Positions 40,326 through 50,493 are shown, numbered from the stretch's first letter. The stretch is DNA of 64,000 nt from Halobacteriovoraceae bacterium (GCA_963719505.1 CAVRCF010000004.1:128001-192000), one strand, 5' to 3'. Numbers and translations: made by a program. The notes: generated from the sequence alone by a model not told the origin.

Positions 40326-40580
40326 TTAGTGATTATGATTGTCATCTTCGACCAGTCTATTCACTGGATCATAGCCGCCTTTTGAAAAAGGATTGCACCT
40401 GAGGATTCTCCAAATTGTCTTTAAGACCGCCTGCAGTGGGGAGACTGTCTCAAAGGCTTCCTTTGCGTAGCTTGAGCAAGTTGGGTAGTATTTGCATGTT
40501 GGTTGGAAAAGAGGCGATATCAGATAGCGATAGAGCTTAATTGTCATTAGAAATATCTCTTTTAGGGCTCTAGATACCAA
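40326..40580 (-). CDS. yidD: Membrane protein insertion efficiency factor
   Basis: YRYLISP, CKYYPTCSSY, RILRCNPFSKGGYDPV. Confidence 0.93.
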   Translation of the reverse strand: MVSRALKEIFLMTIKLYRYLISPLFQPTCKYYPTCSSYAKEAFETVSPLQAVLKTIWRILRCNPFSKGGYDPVNRLVEDDNHNH

Positions 40581-40757
40581 CTTTCATCCTTCTTTTGAGG
40601 CTATGTTTTACAAATAAATCAGTGTTTGGCCAATACTAAGCTTTGTCTAGGGCGTTAGGCTATAGTTTTTTCGTAATTTAAGCTACTTTGACAACACATA
40701 TAACGCAACTTGTGTTACAAGATGTTTTTCTAATAGAGCGATAGGAGTTATATCCTC

Positions 40758-41753
40758 GTGAACACGGAGCAGATAATGATTGAACAATCTTTTAAAGAAA
40801 CAAATTCCCTTAAGAACAAAGTCGTTGAAGATATAATGTCTTGTGATTCAAAAGATGAGCAAGGACTGAATGATTTCCAAAAACTACCAACTGAGGACCT
40901 AATAGCTATTCCTAAGGTTGGTATCAATAACTTTAGACTACCAATTGAAATTATTAATAAGCAAGGAGAGACGAGATCTCACGACGCTACAGCGGCTATG
41001 TATGTCTCATTAAATGCCAATAAAAACGGTGTCAGCATGAGTAGGCTTTGTACGATTTTACAAGCAACTAGTGCTGAGCAGAAGTTAGGTGTGGACTTTT
41101 TCAAGACAGTTATGCGCAGATACAGAGATGAGCTAAGAGATGAGACTGATAAAGATCTTATTGAGAAGTCATTTTTAAGATTGAAATTTAATTTTCCAAT
41201 TAAGCAAAAATCTCTAAAAAGCGATAACTGGGGATGGCAATACTATCCAGTTCAATTCGAAGCTCATGAGTCAAAAGATAAAGGATTCGAGCTTTTTATC
41301 ACTCTTGAATACCTGTATTCATCTACTTGTCCATGTTCACTTTCCATGGCCAAGCAATATGAAAGAGAGTACGCGGAAGGTAAAACCACTGAGGGGTCGG
41401 GAATTGGTGTTCCTCACTCTCAAAGATCAAAGATGAATGCTAAAGTGAAAATAGACACTTCTAAGGAATTTTTCCTCGAGGATCTTATCTCCCTTATCAG
41501 AAAAGCTATACCTACCGAGACTCAAAGCTTAGTGAAAAGACTTGATGAGCAAGCTTTTGCTATATTAAACGGTGCGCATCCGATGTTTGTTGAGCACGCT
41601 ACAAAAAGAGTCTATAAAGAATTTAACGCACAGCCAACAATTTTAGACTGGCTTGTTGAGTTGGAACATATTGAATCTTTACACAGCCACAATGCAGCTG
41701 CTGTCATCTATAAAGGTGTACAAAATGGATTGAGGGCCGATACAATCTTCTAG
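40758..41753 (+). CDS. folE2: GTP cyclohydrolase I type B
   Basis: GVSMSRL, SSTCPCS, HSQRS, VKRLDEQ, PMFVE, ESLHSHNA. Confidence 0.92.
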   Translation: MNTEQIMIEQSFKETNSLKNKVVEDIMSCDSKDEQGLNDFQKLPTEDLIAIPKVGINNFRLPIEIINKQGETRSHDATAAMYVSLNANKNGVSMSRLCTILQATSAEQKLGVDFFKTVMRRYRDELRDETDKDLIEKSFLRLKFNFPIKQKSLKSDNWGWQYYPVQFEAHESKDKGFELFITLEYLYSSTCPCSLSMAKQYEREYAEGKTTEGSGIGVPHSQRSKMNAKVKIDTSKEFFLEDLISLIRKAIPTETQSLVKRLDEQAFAILNGAHPMFVEHATKRVYKEFNAQPTILDWLVELEHIESLHSHNAAAVIYKGVQNGLRADTIF

Positions 41754-42551
41754 ATGAAAACTGGAAATTTATTAAAGCTCAAAACCAAACAGTCAGATAA
41801 TAACGTCAAATACTCTCTACCTATTGGTGGGGATCTCGTCGATCTCAACTCTTTAATAGGTAGTGATATATCACTTGAATTCACTGGTATTATTAATTGT
41901 CTTGATACAGGCAAGGTTATCAAGAAGTCTTTTGGACAAGGTTATAGCTGGGAGTCATTTGTAACTCAGCCTTTTTGCGATACTTGTATTTTCAAACCAG
42001 AGTTATGTCATTACTCGGTGGGTACTTGCCGCGACCCTAAATGGGGAGAAAAACACTGTTTCCAGCCCCATATCATTTATTTGGCCAATTCAAGTGAGCT
42101 CAAAGTTGGTATCACTAGAGAGTCTCAGGTTCCAACCAGATGGATGGATCAGGGAGCATCATTTGCTTTACCAATACTTAAAGTCAAAGATCGCTACACA
42201 AGCGGGCTTATTGAAGTTGAGATAGGGAAGAAACTTGGAGACAAAACCAATTGGCGTAAGATGCTAAAAGGGGATGTGGATGAGATTGATCTTTTGAAGA
42301 TCAAAAAAGAAGTCCTAAAAGATTTTAAAGCTCTTATAGAAAAGTATCAGGCAGAAATTTTGCCAGATGAGCTTTATACCTTTGAGTATCCTGTTGAAAA
42401 ATATCCCACTAAAGTCTCCACCTTATCTTTTGATAAAACTCCAAAAATAGAGGGGAAGCTTCGGGGTATCAAAGGACAATACCTCATTTTTGATCACGGT
42501 GTTTTAAATATTAGAAAGCATCAAGGTTATGAGGTTAACTTTAGTCAGTAA
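41754..42551 (+). CDS. DUF2797 domain protein
   Basis: PELCHY..GTCRD..W...CFQPHIIYLANSS.LKVGITR, RWMDQGA, GIKGQYL. Confidence 0.88.
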   Translation: MKTGNLLKLKTKQSDNNVKYSLPIGGDLVDLNSLIGSDISLEFTGIINCLDTGKVIKKSFGQGYSWESFVTQPFCDTCIFKPELCHYSVGTCRDPKWGEKHCFQPHIIYLANSSELKVGITRESQVPTRWMDQGASFALPILKVKDRYTSGLIEVEIGKKLGDKTNWRKMLKGDVDEIDLLKIKKEVLKDFKALIEKYQAEILPDELYTFEYPVEKYPTKVSTLSFDKTPKIEGKLRGIKGQYLIFDHGVLNIRKHQGYEVNFSQ

Positions 42552-43153
42552 TGAATAATCTAATCCTTATCCTCCTTATTGTTTTTATTGTCTTATTATT
42601 TATTTTTATCGGTCTTCTTGCATTTTTTGGAAATAAGTTTTTAAAGATAAAAGAGGCTGCTCTTAAAAATACCAATTCCTCTGAAAAGAGAGCGACAAAC
42701 CCCTCGGTTGAAAGGCTCAAAGAAAAACCTTCCAAGGAACTCATCAAGGCGTTAAGATCAGCAAATGATTTCGATGCTCCGATCAAGAAAGTAAGCTCTG
42801 TCTATTGCATTGATCATCCTGATAACTTCTCCAATGGAAAATGTTCAATCTCACTGGAGCCTCTTTGTGAGCAATGTCTTTCAAAACAGGGGGACATGGT
42901 GATCGGTCGAAAATATTTAGATATTTTTCTTGAGAACGAGTGGACTGAGATTCAGATGGTAAAAGATGAAAAAGAAATTAAAAAAAGATATTTCGAGATC
43001 AAACAAGACCTTTGGGAAAATGAGTCACTTCCAACGATTATCCAAGGTCACTTTAAAATTAACGTTGAAACGGATGAAATAGAGCCTTATATTGTGCTGT
43101 TCGCACCCGAAGAAAAAGCGGAACTTGTCCGTGAGAAGTTTATATTTAGTTAG
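42551..43153 (+). CDS. Membrane-anchored hypothetical protein with B-box-like zinc finger
   Basis: N-terminal TM helix; CIDHP...C...LCEQC. Confidence 0.6.
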   Translation: MNNLILILLIVFIVLLFIFIGLLAFFGNKFLKIKEAALKNTNSSEKRATNPSVERLKEKPSKELIKALRSANDFDAPIKKVSSVYCIDHPDNFSNGKCSISLEPLCEQCLSKQGDMVIGRKYLDIFLENEWTEIQMVKDEKEIKKRYFEIKQDLWENESLPTIIQGHFKINVETDEIEPYIVLFAPEEKAELVREKFIFS

Positions 43154-43162
43154 GAGAAAACC

Positions 43163-44629
43163 GTGTCACTAGTCGTTTATAATACTCTTTCAAATACTAA
43201 GGAAGTTTTCAAATCATTGGAACCCAATAAGGTAAAATTGTATCTTTGTGGCCCAACGGTTTATGACCTTCTTCATATAGGAAATTTTAGAGGACCAATT
43301 ACCTTTAACCTCATGAGAAATTGGTTAGAGAAGTGTGGTTATGACGTCAATTTTGTTTATAATTATACTGATATTGATGACAAAATTATAAATAAAGCGA
43401 TTGTGGAAGGTGTTGAATCGAGCGTTATCAGCGAACGTTTTATAAAAGAGTTTGAAAAAGATTTTACAAGACTAGGACTTAAGCCTCATACGCATAATCC
43501 AAGAGTTTCTGAACACATGGACAGCATCATTACGATGGTCGAGACCTTAATTGAAAAAAAGAAAGCTTATGTTGTCGATGGTGAAGTTTTCTATGAGATT
43601 GATACGTTTAAAAATTACGGAAAACTTTCAAAAAATAATTTAGATGACCTTCAAGCCGGCCAAAGAGTAGAAGTGGACTCTAGAAAAAGAAGCCCTTTTG
43701 ACTTTGTTTTGTGGAAACCTTCCAAAGAAGGCGAGCCAAAGTGGAGTTCTCCTTGGGGAGAGGGAAGACCAGGTTGGCATATAGAGTGTTCGGCCATGAT
43801 AAAGTCAATTCTAGGAGAGACGATCGACATCCATGGTGGTGGAATTGATCTGATATTTCCTCATCATGAGTGCGAAATTGCCCAGGGTGAAGGGTGCTCT
43901 GATAAGACATATTGCAATTACTGGATTCATAATAATTTTATTAATATGAATAATGAAAAAATGAGCAAGTCGCTTGGAAATATTATCTCGTGCCGAGCTT
44001 TTATGGATCAATATCATCCTGAAATTTTAAAATACATGTTCTTAAGTGCTCACTACCGTTCTGTGATGACAATAAGTGACGATAAAATCTTTCAAACAGT
44101 TTCTGCACTCAATAGAATCTATACATCGTTACTCTTGGCAAAAGAAACAATTAGTGACTCTTCTTTGGAGGTACAAAAGGACGATGCTTTTGACAAAAAG
44201 CTTTTAGAATTCGATAAAAAAATAAAGAAGTCTCTTAATGATGACTTTAATACAGCTGAGTTTATCTCCATTGTTTTTGAAGCCGTAAGGACTTTTAACT
44301 CTTTGGGATTTGCAAATAAAAAGAAACGATCTCCTGTTCACAGAGGAGCAAGTCAATCTTTCTTATCTTGGATGAATAACTATGGACAAATGAGTGCCTT
44401 GTTCAATGAAGAACCAAAAGAGCTTCTAGAGCAACTTGATGAGATGGTTATTAGATTAAAAGATATTAGCAAAGAACAGGTAGAGAAACTTATTCAGCTT
44501 AGAAATAAAGCCAGAGAAGATAAAGATTGGGATTCAGCAGACAAGTATAGAGTAGAACTTGAGGGCATGGGAATTGAGCTCTTTGATGGTTCACAAAGAG
44601 GTTGGAGAGTTAAAAGTAGTGAGAACTAA
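43163..44629 (+). CDS. cysS: Cysteine--tRNA ligase
   Basis: CGPTVY, HIGN, GRPGWHIECSAM, DLIFPHHE, KMSKSLGN. Confidence 0.97.
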   Translation: MSLVVYNTLSNTKEVFKSLEPNKVKLYLCGPTVYDLLHIGNFRGPITFNLMRNWLEKCGYDVNFVYNYTDIDDKIINKAIVEGVESSVISERFIKEFEKDFTRLGLKPHTHNPRVSEHMDSIITMVETLIEKKKAYVVDGEVFYEIDTFKNYGKLSKNNLDDLQAGQRVEVDSRKRSPFDFVLWKPSKEGEPKWSSPWGEGRPGWHIECSAMIKSILGETIDIHGGGIDLIFPHHECEIAQGEGCSDKTYCNYWIHNNFINMNNEKMSKSLGNIISCRAFMDQYHPEILKYMFLSAHYRSVMTISDDKIFQTVSALNRIYTSLLLAKETISDSSLEVQKDDAFDKKLLEFDKKIKKSLNDDFNTAEFISIVFEAVRTFNSLGFANKKKRSPVHRGASQSFLSWMNNYGQMSALFNEEPKELLEQLDEMVIRLKDISKEQVEKLIQLRNKAREDKDWDSADKYRVELEGMGIELFDGSQRGWRVKSSEN

Positions 44630-45092
44630 AATCCTATTTGTATGCTTGGGAAATATTTGTCGCTCTCCAGCGGCTGAAGCAGTATTTAAAGACTTAGCAC
44701 AAAGACAAGGTTTCGCAGATAGCTTTGAGGTCGATTCAGCCGGAACAAGTGGTCACCACTGTGGACAGAGAGCCGACAGTCGAATGGTTCAGACGGCAGC
44801 CAATAGAAATTTGTTTATCACAAGTGTATCGAGAAAGTTTGAACCAAAAGACTTTAGAAAATTTGATCATATTGTGGTTATGGACGAATCTAATTATCAA
44901 AATCTAGTCCATTTAGACCTAAATCAAGAGTATATCCAAAAAATCACAAAACTGACTGATTATTGTTCCTATAAATTTGCAGGTATATCTGAGGTTCCCG
45001 ATCCTTACTATGGCGGACCAGCAGGGTTTAATAATGTTTTAGATATCGTGGAAGATGCATGTCAGAACCTAATAAAAGAGATTCATTCCTAA
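44619..45092 (+). CDS. Low-molecular-weight protein-tyrosine phosphatase
   Basis: VCLGNICRSP, DSAGT, VPDPYYGG; GTG start at 44619. Confidence 0.93.
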   Translation: MRTKILFVCLGNICRSPAAEAVFKDLAQRQGFADSFEVDSAGTSGHHCGQRADSRMVQTAANRNLFITSVSRKFEPKDFRKFDHIVVMDESNYQNLVHLDLNQEYIQKITKLTDYCSYKFAGISEVPDPYYGGPAGFNNVLDIVEDACQNLIKEIHS

Positions 45093-45757
45093 AAGGCTTC
45101 TCGAGCATGGGACCTGTTATTCCAGGGATCATACCCTTTGGCATGATAATGGGGACAGTGGCCGCTGATGCGGGCTTGAGTATGCCTCAGACCATGGGGA
45201 TGAACGTCATCGTCTTTGCTGGTGCTTCACAGCTTGCAGCAGTTGACCTTCTTACAAAAGACGCACCTTCAGTTATTATTATTTTAACGGGATTGATAAT
45301 AAATTTAAGATTTCTTTTATATAGTGCTGCAAGTTCTTCATATTTAAAAAAGAGCCATATCTTTATAAAAATCTTCACGGCCCACACTTTGACGGATCAG
45401 TCCTATGCCGTTACTTCGGCCCACGATGAGCAATTGAAAACAACGAGTGAAAAAATATACTTTACCCTCGGAGCATCACTATGCATGTCGATCTTTTGGA
45501 ATTTTTTCGTCTTGAGTGGTTTTTATTTTGGCAATATTATTCCACAATCACTTTCTCTCGATTTTGCAGTTCCTCTCAGCTTCATGGCCTTGACTATTCC
45601 AAGTCTTGTAACAAAGACGCATTTAATTGTGGGCTTAGTCTCGATATTCATGTCGATTGCTTTGAAGGGGCTGCCTTTTAACTTGGGCTTGATTGTAACG
45701 GCTGGTTTTTGTCTTTTTCTTGCCGATACAATGACGAAGGATAAGAATCATGAGTAA
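45059..45757 (+). CDS. azlC: AzlC family branched-chain amino acid exporter permease
   Basis: PFGMIMG, VFAGASQLA, INLRFLLYS, LTDQSYA, DFAVPLSF. Confidence 0.9.
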   Translation: MSEPNKRDSFLKGFSSMGPVIPGIIPFGMIMGTVAADAGLSMPQTMGMNVIVFAGASQLAAVDLLTKDAPSVIIILTGLIINLRFLLYSAASSSYLKKSHIFIKIFTAHTLTDQSYAVTSAHDEQLKTTSEKIYFTLGASLCMSIFWNFFVLSGFYFGNIIPQSLSLDFAVPLSFMALTIPSLVTKTHLIVGLVSIFMSIALKGLPFNLGLIVTAGFCLFLADTMTKDKNHE

Positions 45758-45858
45758 CTCTTATTTTTGGGCAAGTATAATCCCTCTGGGGATCGGTACT
45801 CTTTTGATTCGAATGTCTTTTATTTTTCTATCAAAATATTTGTCTCTTTCAAAAAGAG

Positions 45859-47183
45859 TGTTGTTTCTGGGCAATTATGTCCGGTTAATTTCTGAGCGAT
45901 TATGTCCTATCAGACTTTAAGCGCTTTTTCTGTGTTTCGACTTATCACCATAGTCACTTAATCTTTTCCTATTACTAACTTTACATTGAACTTTTCTGCC
46001 CATCACATCGAAGCTGTAGCTTCCATCAAGGTGAATATTTATATTGATTTCTCGTCCATAGAAACACCTTTTTTCATCCAACACCCAAGTCACATTCTCC
46101 CAACTAAATACATTTCCAACCATAATTTTTCGCCTAATCTTTTTACAAAATATAATATCTAGGTCTCCAAAAACATTTTTTCTCCAGGCTTTTTCTTCTT
46201 CTTCTTCGGCTTTGACTGAGAATTGAAAATTGTATGCAGGAATAAAAATCTCTTTTAAGTAATAATTGGCTTCTTCAATATTTGTTATGTGATTAAATTC
46301 TAACTCCGCTACCAGTCTGTCTTGGAATGTTCTCCAGAGTCTCTCTATTCTTCCCTTTGCTTGAGAAGAACCTGCTAAGATTAATTGAATTCCTGTTTGA
46401 TCAAATGCTCTCGAAATTTGTGATTCCCACTCGCGCTCTTTCTTACCATAAATACCTGCTTGGTCCATATAGAAACTTTCTGGCAATCCATAGTTATCAA
46501 CGATCTCCCTAATCACCTTCAGAGAGTTATTTGACGTCTCTCCATAGAAAAATTCAGCACCAACAACAATCCCGGTAGCATCATCAATTCCTCCAATCAA
46601 ATCAGTTCTTTCATCACCGAACCAAGTATGATCACTTCCATCAAACTGAATCATCATCCCTTCTTTTGGAAGTCTTGCTCTTGGTTTATGGCACCGTCTT
46701 CCTCTTCGTTTAGGATGTTTTACAAGGCAATGTTTCCTAGCAATTGAGTGAAGTGCATCTTTTTTGATTTTAATTTCCTCATACTCTTCTATCTTTTCTC
46801 GAAAATGAGTTAGATTAAAGTTTCGATATTGATTTTTTAGAAGAGAGACTATTTTTTCTTCAACTTCGAATGGAGTTTTATTGTGAGGAGTTCGATTAAT
46901 GTTTCCATGTAAGACACCAATCGAACCCTTGGCCTTAACTTTATTGATAATTCTCTGAGATTGTCGATACGATTTTCCAATCTGTTCAGAGAAGGAAATT
47001 ATAGTTAACTTACCTTCAATAACATCCATGGCCAGGCGATACTGCTTCAATTCTTTTTGTGACATAGTGACTTTTCCCATTCAATTCCCCTAATAACTGA
47101 TTGGAATCAGGGTACATAAATATTATTGAATAGGACATAATCGCTGAGAAATAAGGATAGGACATAATCGTCTAGTTTCTATA
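45859..47183 (-). mobile_element. IS1202-family (ISNCY-type) insertion sequence with 15-bp TSD
   Basis: TSD CTCTTTCAAAAAGAG at 45844-45858 and 47184-47198; imperfect 24-bp IRs ending ATTATGTCC; repeated subterminal ATTATGTCC/GGACATAAT boxes at both ends. Confidence 0.88.
45917..47080 (-). CDS. IS1202/ISNCY-type DDE transposase
   Basis: GMMIQFDGSDHTWF, IDDATG, YMDQAGIY, SQAKGRIERLWRTFQDRL. Confidence 0.92.
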   Translation of the reverse strand: MGKVTMSQKELKQYRLAMDVIEGKLTIISFSEQIGKSYRQSQRIINKVKAKGSIGVLHGNINRTPHNKTPFEVEEKIVSLLKNQYRNFNLTHFREKIEEYEEIKIKKDALHSIARKHCLVKHPKRRGRRCHKPRARLPKEGMMIQFDGSDHTWFGDERTDLIGGIDDATGIVVGAEFFYGETSNNSLKVIREIVDNYGLPESFYMDQAGIYGKKEREWESQISRAFDQTGIQLILAGSSQAKGRIERLWRTFQDRLVAELEFNHITNIEEANYYLKEIFIPAYNFQFSVKAEEEEEKAWRKNVFGDLDIIFCKKIRRKIMVGNVFSWENVTWVLDEKRCFYGREININIHLDGSYSFDVMGRKVQCKVSNRKRLSDYGDKSKHRKSA

Positions 47184-47404
47184 CTCTTTCAAAAAGAGCA
47201 CAAAGACTGTTTACATTTGTACCTGCCGCAGTTTTTCCAGCTTTATTTGCTCCTATGGTTTTTTTCCACCAAGGGCACAATGACATTCTCTTTCATAAAG
47301 AAAGGGTTCTGTGTTTTGGAATCGCTATGATTGTTGGATTTAAAACGAAAAATATTTTACTGACTATATTGAGTGGACTCTCTATTCTCTATTTTTTATA
47401 AAAT

Positions 47405-47479
47405 AAGGGAGAACATCCATGTCTCCCTTCGACTTGTTTAATGCATGTGAGGACAACTGAGACTATTCTCAGCTGTTCC
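47405..47479. terminator. Two hairpins between convergent azlD and dksA-like genes
   Basis: AAGGGAG..CTCCCTT and GGACAACTGAGA-CTAT-TCTCAGCTGTTCC. Confidence 0.45.
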
Positions 47480-47908
47480 TTATTTACTTAGACTTATACT
47501 TTTTCCCAAAGACTTAGACTGACGTCCATGAAAGCTTTGTAATTCATCTCTCTCTGACTCTTCTTTGCAGGTGATACACATCGTACTGGTTGGTCTCGCT
47601 TGAAGCCTCTGAAAAGAAATAGATGAGCCACAGTCATCACAAAGACCATACTCATCAGACTCCATTAATTTTTGTGTTTTTCTTAATTTTTTTAGGTAAA
47701 GGGATTCTCTAGTAGCGAATCTTAGCTCAGCGTGCTTAATAATTTCGTCGTTGGCAGAATCCACGTCGTCACCTGAGTTCTGGTTGGCGACTAAAAGTTG
47801 TTCTGACAAAAGCTTGTTTTCAATTCTTTCAACTTCACCCATGACTTTATCTTTTAAAGTGTTGAGCTCTTTAGTTGTAAGATGACCATTCAATCTTGAA
47901 TTACCCAT
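47480..47908 (-). CDS. dksA: DksA/TraR C4 zinc-finger protein
   Basis: DDVDSA coiled-coil tip, YGLCDDCG..I...RLQARP...MCITCKE. Confidence 0.85.
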   Translation of the reverse strand: MGNSRLNGHLTTKELNTLKDKVMGEVERIENKLLSEQLLVANQNSGDDVDSANDEIIKHAELRFATRESLYLKKLRKTQKLMESDEYGLCDDCGSSISFQRLQARPTSTMCITCKEESERDELQSFHGRQSKSLGKSISLSK

Positions 47909-48394
47909 CGTTGTTTCTCCTTAAAAATTTTCTCTCTCGTTGTGTGTAAAAGATTTAATCAAGGAGTGTTTTGTCTGCCAATAGAGTGTAAGTTTTTATT
48001 AGTTCTTACTGCAATTTTCATGATTTTTAGCGAAATTTGCTTCACATTTGTTAATACTTTTCCACTTTCTGGATTGTGGATAACTTTTTTAATATCGCTA
48101 AATAGTGTTTTAATAGCTGATTTATAGAATTATTTGACATTGAGTATATGTTAATAACTCGCTTCAACTCTCATGTTGTTTCTCATTTGAGGGAAGTTTT
48201 CTTACTTTTAAAAATTTAATGTGAGAAAAATAAGAATTCCTTTTGTTCAAAATCCTTTCGAACAAAAGAAATTATCGTGTGTGATAAATTCTTTGATATT
48301 TTAATTTTAAGTTAGAAATGAAAAATTGCAAAACATTTATTTCTGTTTTTCGGTTCTGCTATATATTCTAATCGGTTAGGTTCTGTAGTGTATT

Positions 48395-48544
48395 TTAACA
48401 GTCGGACTTGTCGATTATATCTTTTATTACGGCCTCAACATCAATTTCAATTTTATTTTTTTCAATTGTGTTTTCAATCTGGGATATAAGCCTTTCAATT
48501 TCAGAGATTTCATTAAGAATTTTTAAAGAATTTTGTATTATCAT
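48395..48544 (-). CDS. Small protein (49 aa) below the ORF-track cutoff
   Basis: SD GGAGG 6 nt before ATG; MIIQNSLKILNEISEIERLISQIENTIEKNKIEIDVEAVIKDIIDKSDC*. Confidence 0.55.
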   Translation of the reverse strand: MIIQNSLKILNEISEIERLISQIENTIEKNKIEIDVEAVIKDIIDKSDC

Positions 48545-48650
48545 GGGGTGCCTCCAGTTAATTTACATTGTAATACATAAGTTTGGTATTGCAAACAAAA
48601 GTTTTGTGTGGTAAATTTTTCTTACACATTCCCATTTGTAGTAACAAATT

Positions 48651-48686
48651 GTCTCGGGGTCTTATAGGCAGACCTCGGGACTTTTT
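48651..48686 (+). terminator. Strong hairpin plus T-tract in the intergenic region
   Basis: GTCTCGGGGTCT-TATAGGC-AGACCTCGGGAC-TTTTT. Confidence 0.5.
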
Positions 48687-48818
48687 AAACCTTGGGGCCT
48701 TTAGCCTTCAACCTTAAAAGTTCCTCTACCTTTTTCATTCTCCCTTGGGACAACTATCTAGAGTTAAGAAACTAGGTTAAAGTTTTAGTTACTTAATTGC
48801 TTGTTATTGGGGATTTTC

Positions 48819-49625
48819 ATGAGTGTTGAATTAGTCGTCGTATATATTTTATTAGGTTGTGGTGTAGGCTTTCTCTCCGGTTTGTTTGGAATTGGTGGAG
48901 GGCTTGTTATCATTCCTATCCTCTCTTATGCTTTTGAGTTCATGGGGTTTCAAGAAGAGATTATTATGCATATGGCGATTGGAACATCTCTTTCTATTAT
49001 TCTTATTACTGTAAGTACCTCTAGTTATCATCACTATCAAAGAGGAGGTATAGACTTTAGTATCTATAATAAGCTTTTTGTTTTCATTGCAATTGGGTCT
49101 CTAAGTGGGGGATTCATTAGCCAGTACCTGTCGAAACTTGTGTTGGAGTTGGCCTTCACAGCTTACGTTTTATTAATAACAGTCAAATTATTTTTAGAAG
49201 GATCTGGTCCGTCCGTAGAGAAAAAAACACCCCTTTGGTTGTACGGCTTTGTTGGATACATTATTGGCCTAAAGTCTGCTATTTTGGGAATTGGTGGAGG
49301 AACTATTAGTATTCCCTTTTTATCATGGAGAGGCGTTCAGATGAAAAAAGCTGTCGGTATTTCTGCCGCTTTAGGTATACCCATTGCCTTATTTGGTGCT
49401 TCGGCTTACGTGTACACAGGTTTAAATTTAAAAAGTCAGGTTTTACCTGCGTACAGTTTGGGTTATGTTTATCTTCCAGCATTTATAAGTGTTTCTCTTT
49501 TTAGTAGTTTTGTCTCTCGCTTTGGGGTTAAGCTTTCACATCGATTGACTCAGAGAAAGCTTAAAGTTATTTTTGCTACATTCTTATCTATTGTGCTTAT
49601 AAAATCTCTTTCAAACTATTTTTGA
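48819..49625 (+). CDS. Sulfite exporter TauE/SafE (TSUP) family protein
   Basis: Duplicated GLFGIGGGLVIIP / ILGIGGGTISIP motifs, AIGTSL. Confidence 0.9.
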   Translation: MSVELVVVYILLGCGVGFLSGLFGIGGGLVIIPILSYAFEFMGFQEEIIMHMAIGTSLSIILITVSTSSYHHYQRGGIDFSIYNKLFVFIAIGSLSGGFISQYLSKLVLELAFTAYVLLITVKLFLEGSGPSVEKKTPLWLYGFVGYIIGLKSAILGIGGGTISIPFLSWRGVQMKKAVGISAALGIPIALFGASAYVYTGLNLKSQVLPAYSLGYVYLPAFISVSLFSSFVSRFGVKLSHRLTQRKLKVIFATFLSIVLIKSLSNYF

Positions 49626-49694
49626 TCCCAGAGGTATTAATTTGTTTTCACCTTCTCTCTTTGTTCTTCTTTAAAGATGTGTTATTTTTAATTC

Positions 49695-49928
49695 ATGACG
49701 GACTTCAAAAAGCACAGAGAATTTATACATGATATTTCAAATCAGTTGGCCATAACTGATGGCTGCATTAAGCGGGTCCAAATTTTAAAAAAGAAGGATC
49801 AAACAGCTGAGGTTAAAGCTGAAATTGATAAAAACTTAGAATTATCTTCAACTTATTCACGCACATGTATTACCTTACTAAAAGAGTATAGGATTTTCAT
49901 TCACCGATTAGAGTCTGAACAGTCATAA
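49695..49928 (+). CDS. Small hypothetical protein resembling an isolated HisKA helix pair
   Basis: 77 aa, FIHDISNQLAITDG (H-box-like). Confidence 0.5.
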   Translation: MTDFKKHREFIHDISNQLAITDGCIKRVQILKKKDQTAEVKAEIDKNLELSSTYSRTCITLLKEYRIFIHRLESEQS

Positions 49929-49989
49929 TATCATTCACTTTTCAATTTGTTTCGCTACAATAGAAGCATAGAGAATCGGGGAGAAATAA

Positions 49990-50493
49990 ATGAAGATTAG
50001 TATTCTATTTTTGGTCTTAAGTTTTAATGCTGCGGCAAGCTTTTTAATAGATCCATATATCGGAACTGGACTTGTAAAGACGAGTTATGAAAGTGGATTT
50101 AGCGATGACGACGATACCTTAACTAGTGCAGGAGCGAGAGTTGGCTATCAGTTTCTATTGGTATCAGCAGGAATCGATTATTCAAAAGGTAAAGCCGGCG
50201 ACTATGAATTTACCAATACCTCTTTATTTGCTGGAGTTGATCTGCCTATTTTGCTAAGGGCTTGGGTGGAATATTTTGTTTCCTCTGACCTCTCATCTAA
50301 TAGTAGTAAATTTAACTCCGTCGATTTTGAATTCAAAAAAGGAAACAGTATAGGCTTTGGTTTTACTGGCCTTCCGTTTGTGTCTCTTAATTTAGAAGTT
50401 CAAAATATAGACTACGAAGCAGACGCAACTACTGATATTGATTTTGATAGCGCGGCTTATATCTTTTCCGTATCTCTGCCTCTTAATTTATAA
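49990..50493 (+). CDS. Outer-membrane beta-barrel protein, paralogue 1
   Basis: Signal peptide, amphipathic strands, motifs shared with 51060..51581. Confidence 0.75.
   Translation: MKISILFLVLSFNAAASFLIDPYIGTGLVKTSYESGFSDDDDTLTSAGARVGYQFLLVSAGIDYSKGKAGDYEFTNTSLFAGVDLPILLRAWVEYFVSSDLSSNSSKFNSVDFEFKKGNSIGFGFTGLPFVSLNLEVQNIDYEADATTDIDFDSAAYIFSVSLPLNL

Larger units (their letters stand above)
45750..47401 (+). pseudogene. azlD: AzlD family protein disrupted by IS insertion
   Basis: Removing the IS and one TSD restores one frame: MSNSYFWASIIPLGIGTLLIRMSFIFLSKYLSLSKR|AQRLFTFVPAAVFPALFAP...TILSGLSILYFL* (TAA 47399-47401). Confidence 0.88.
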
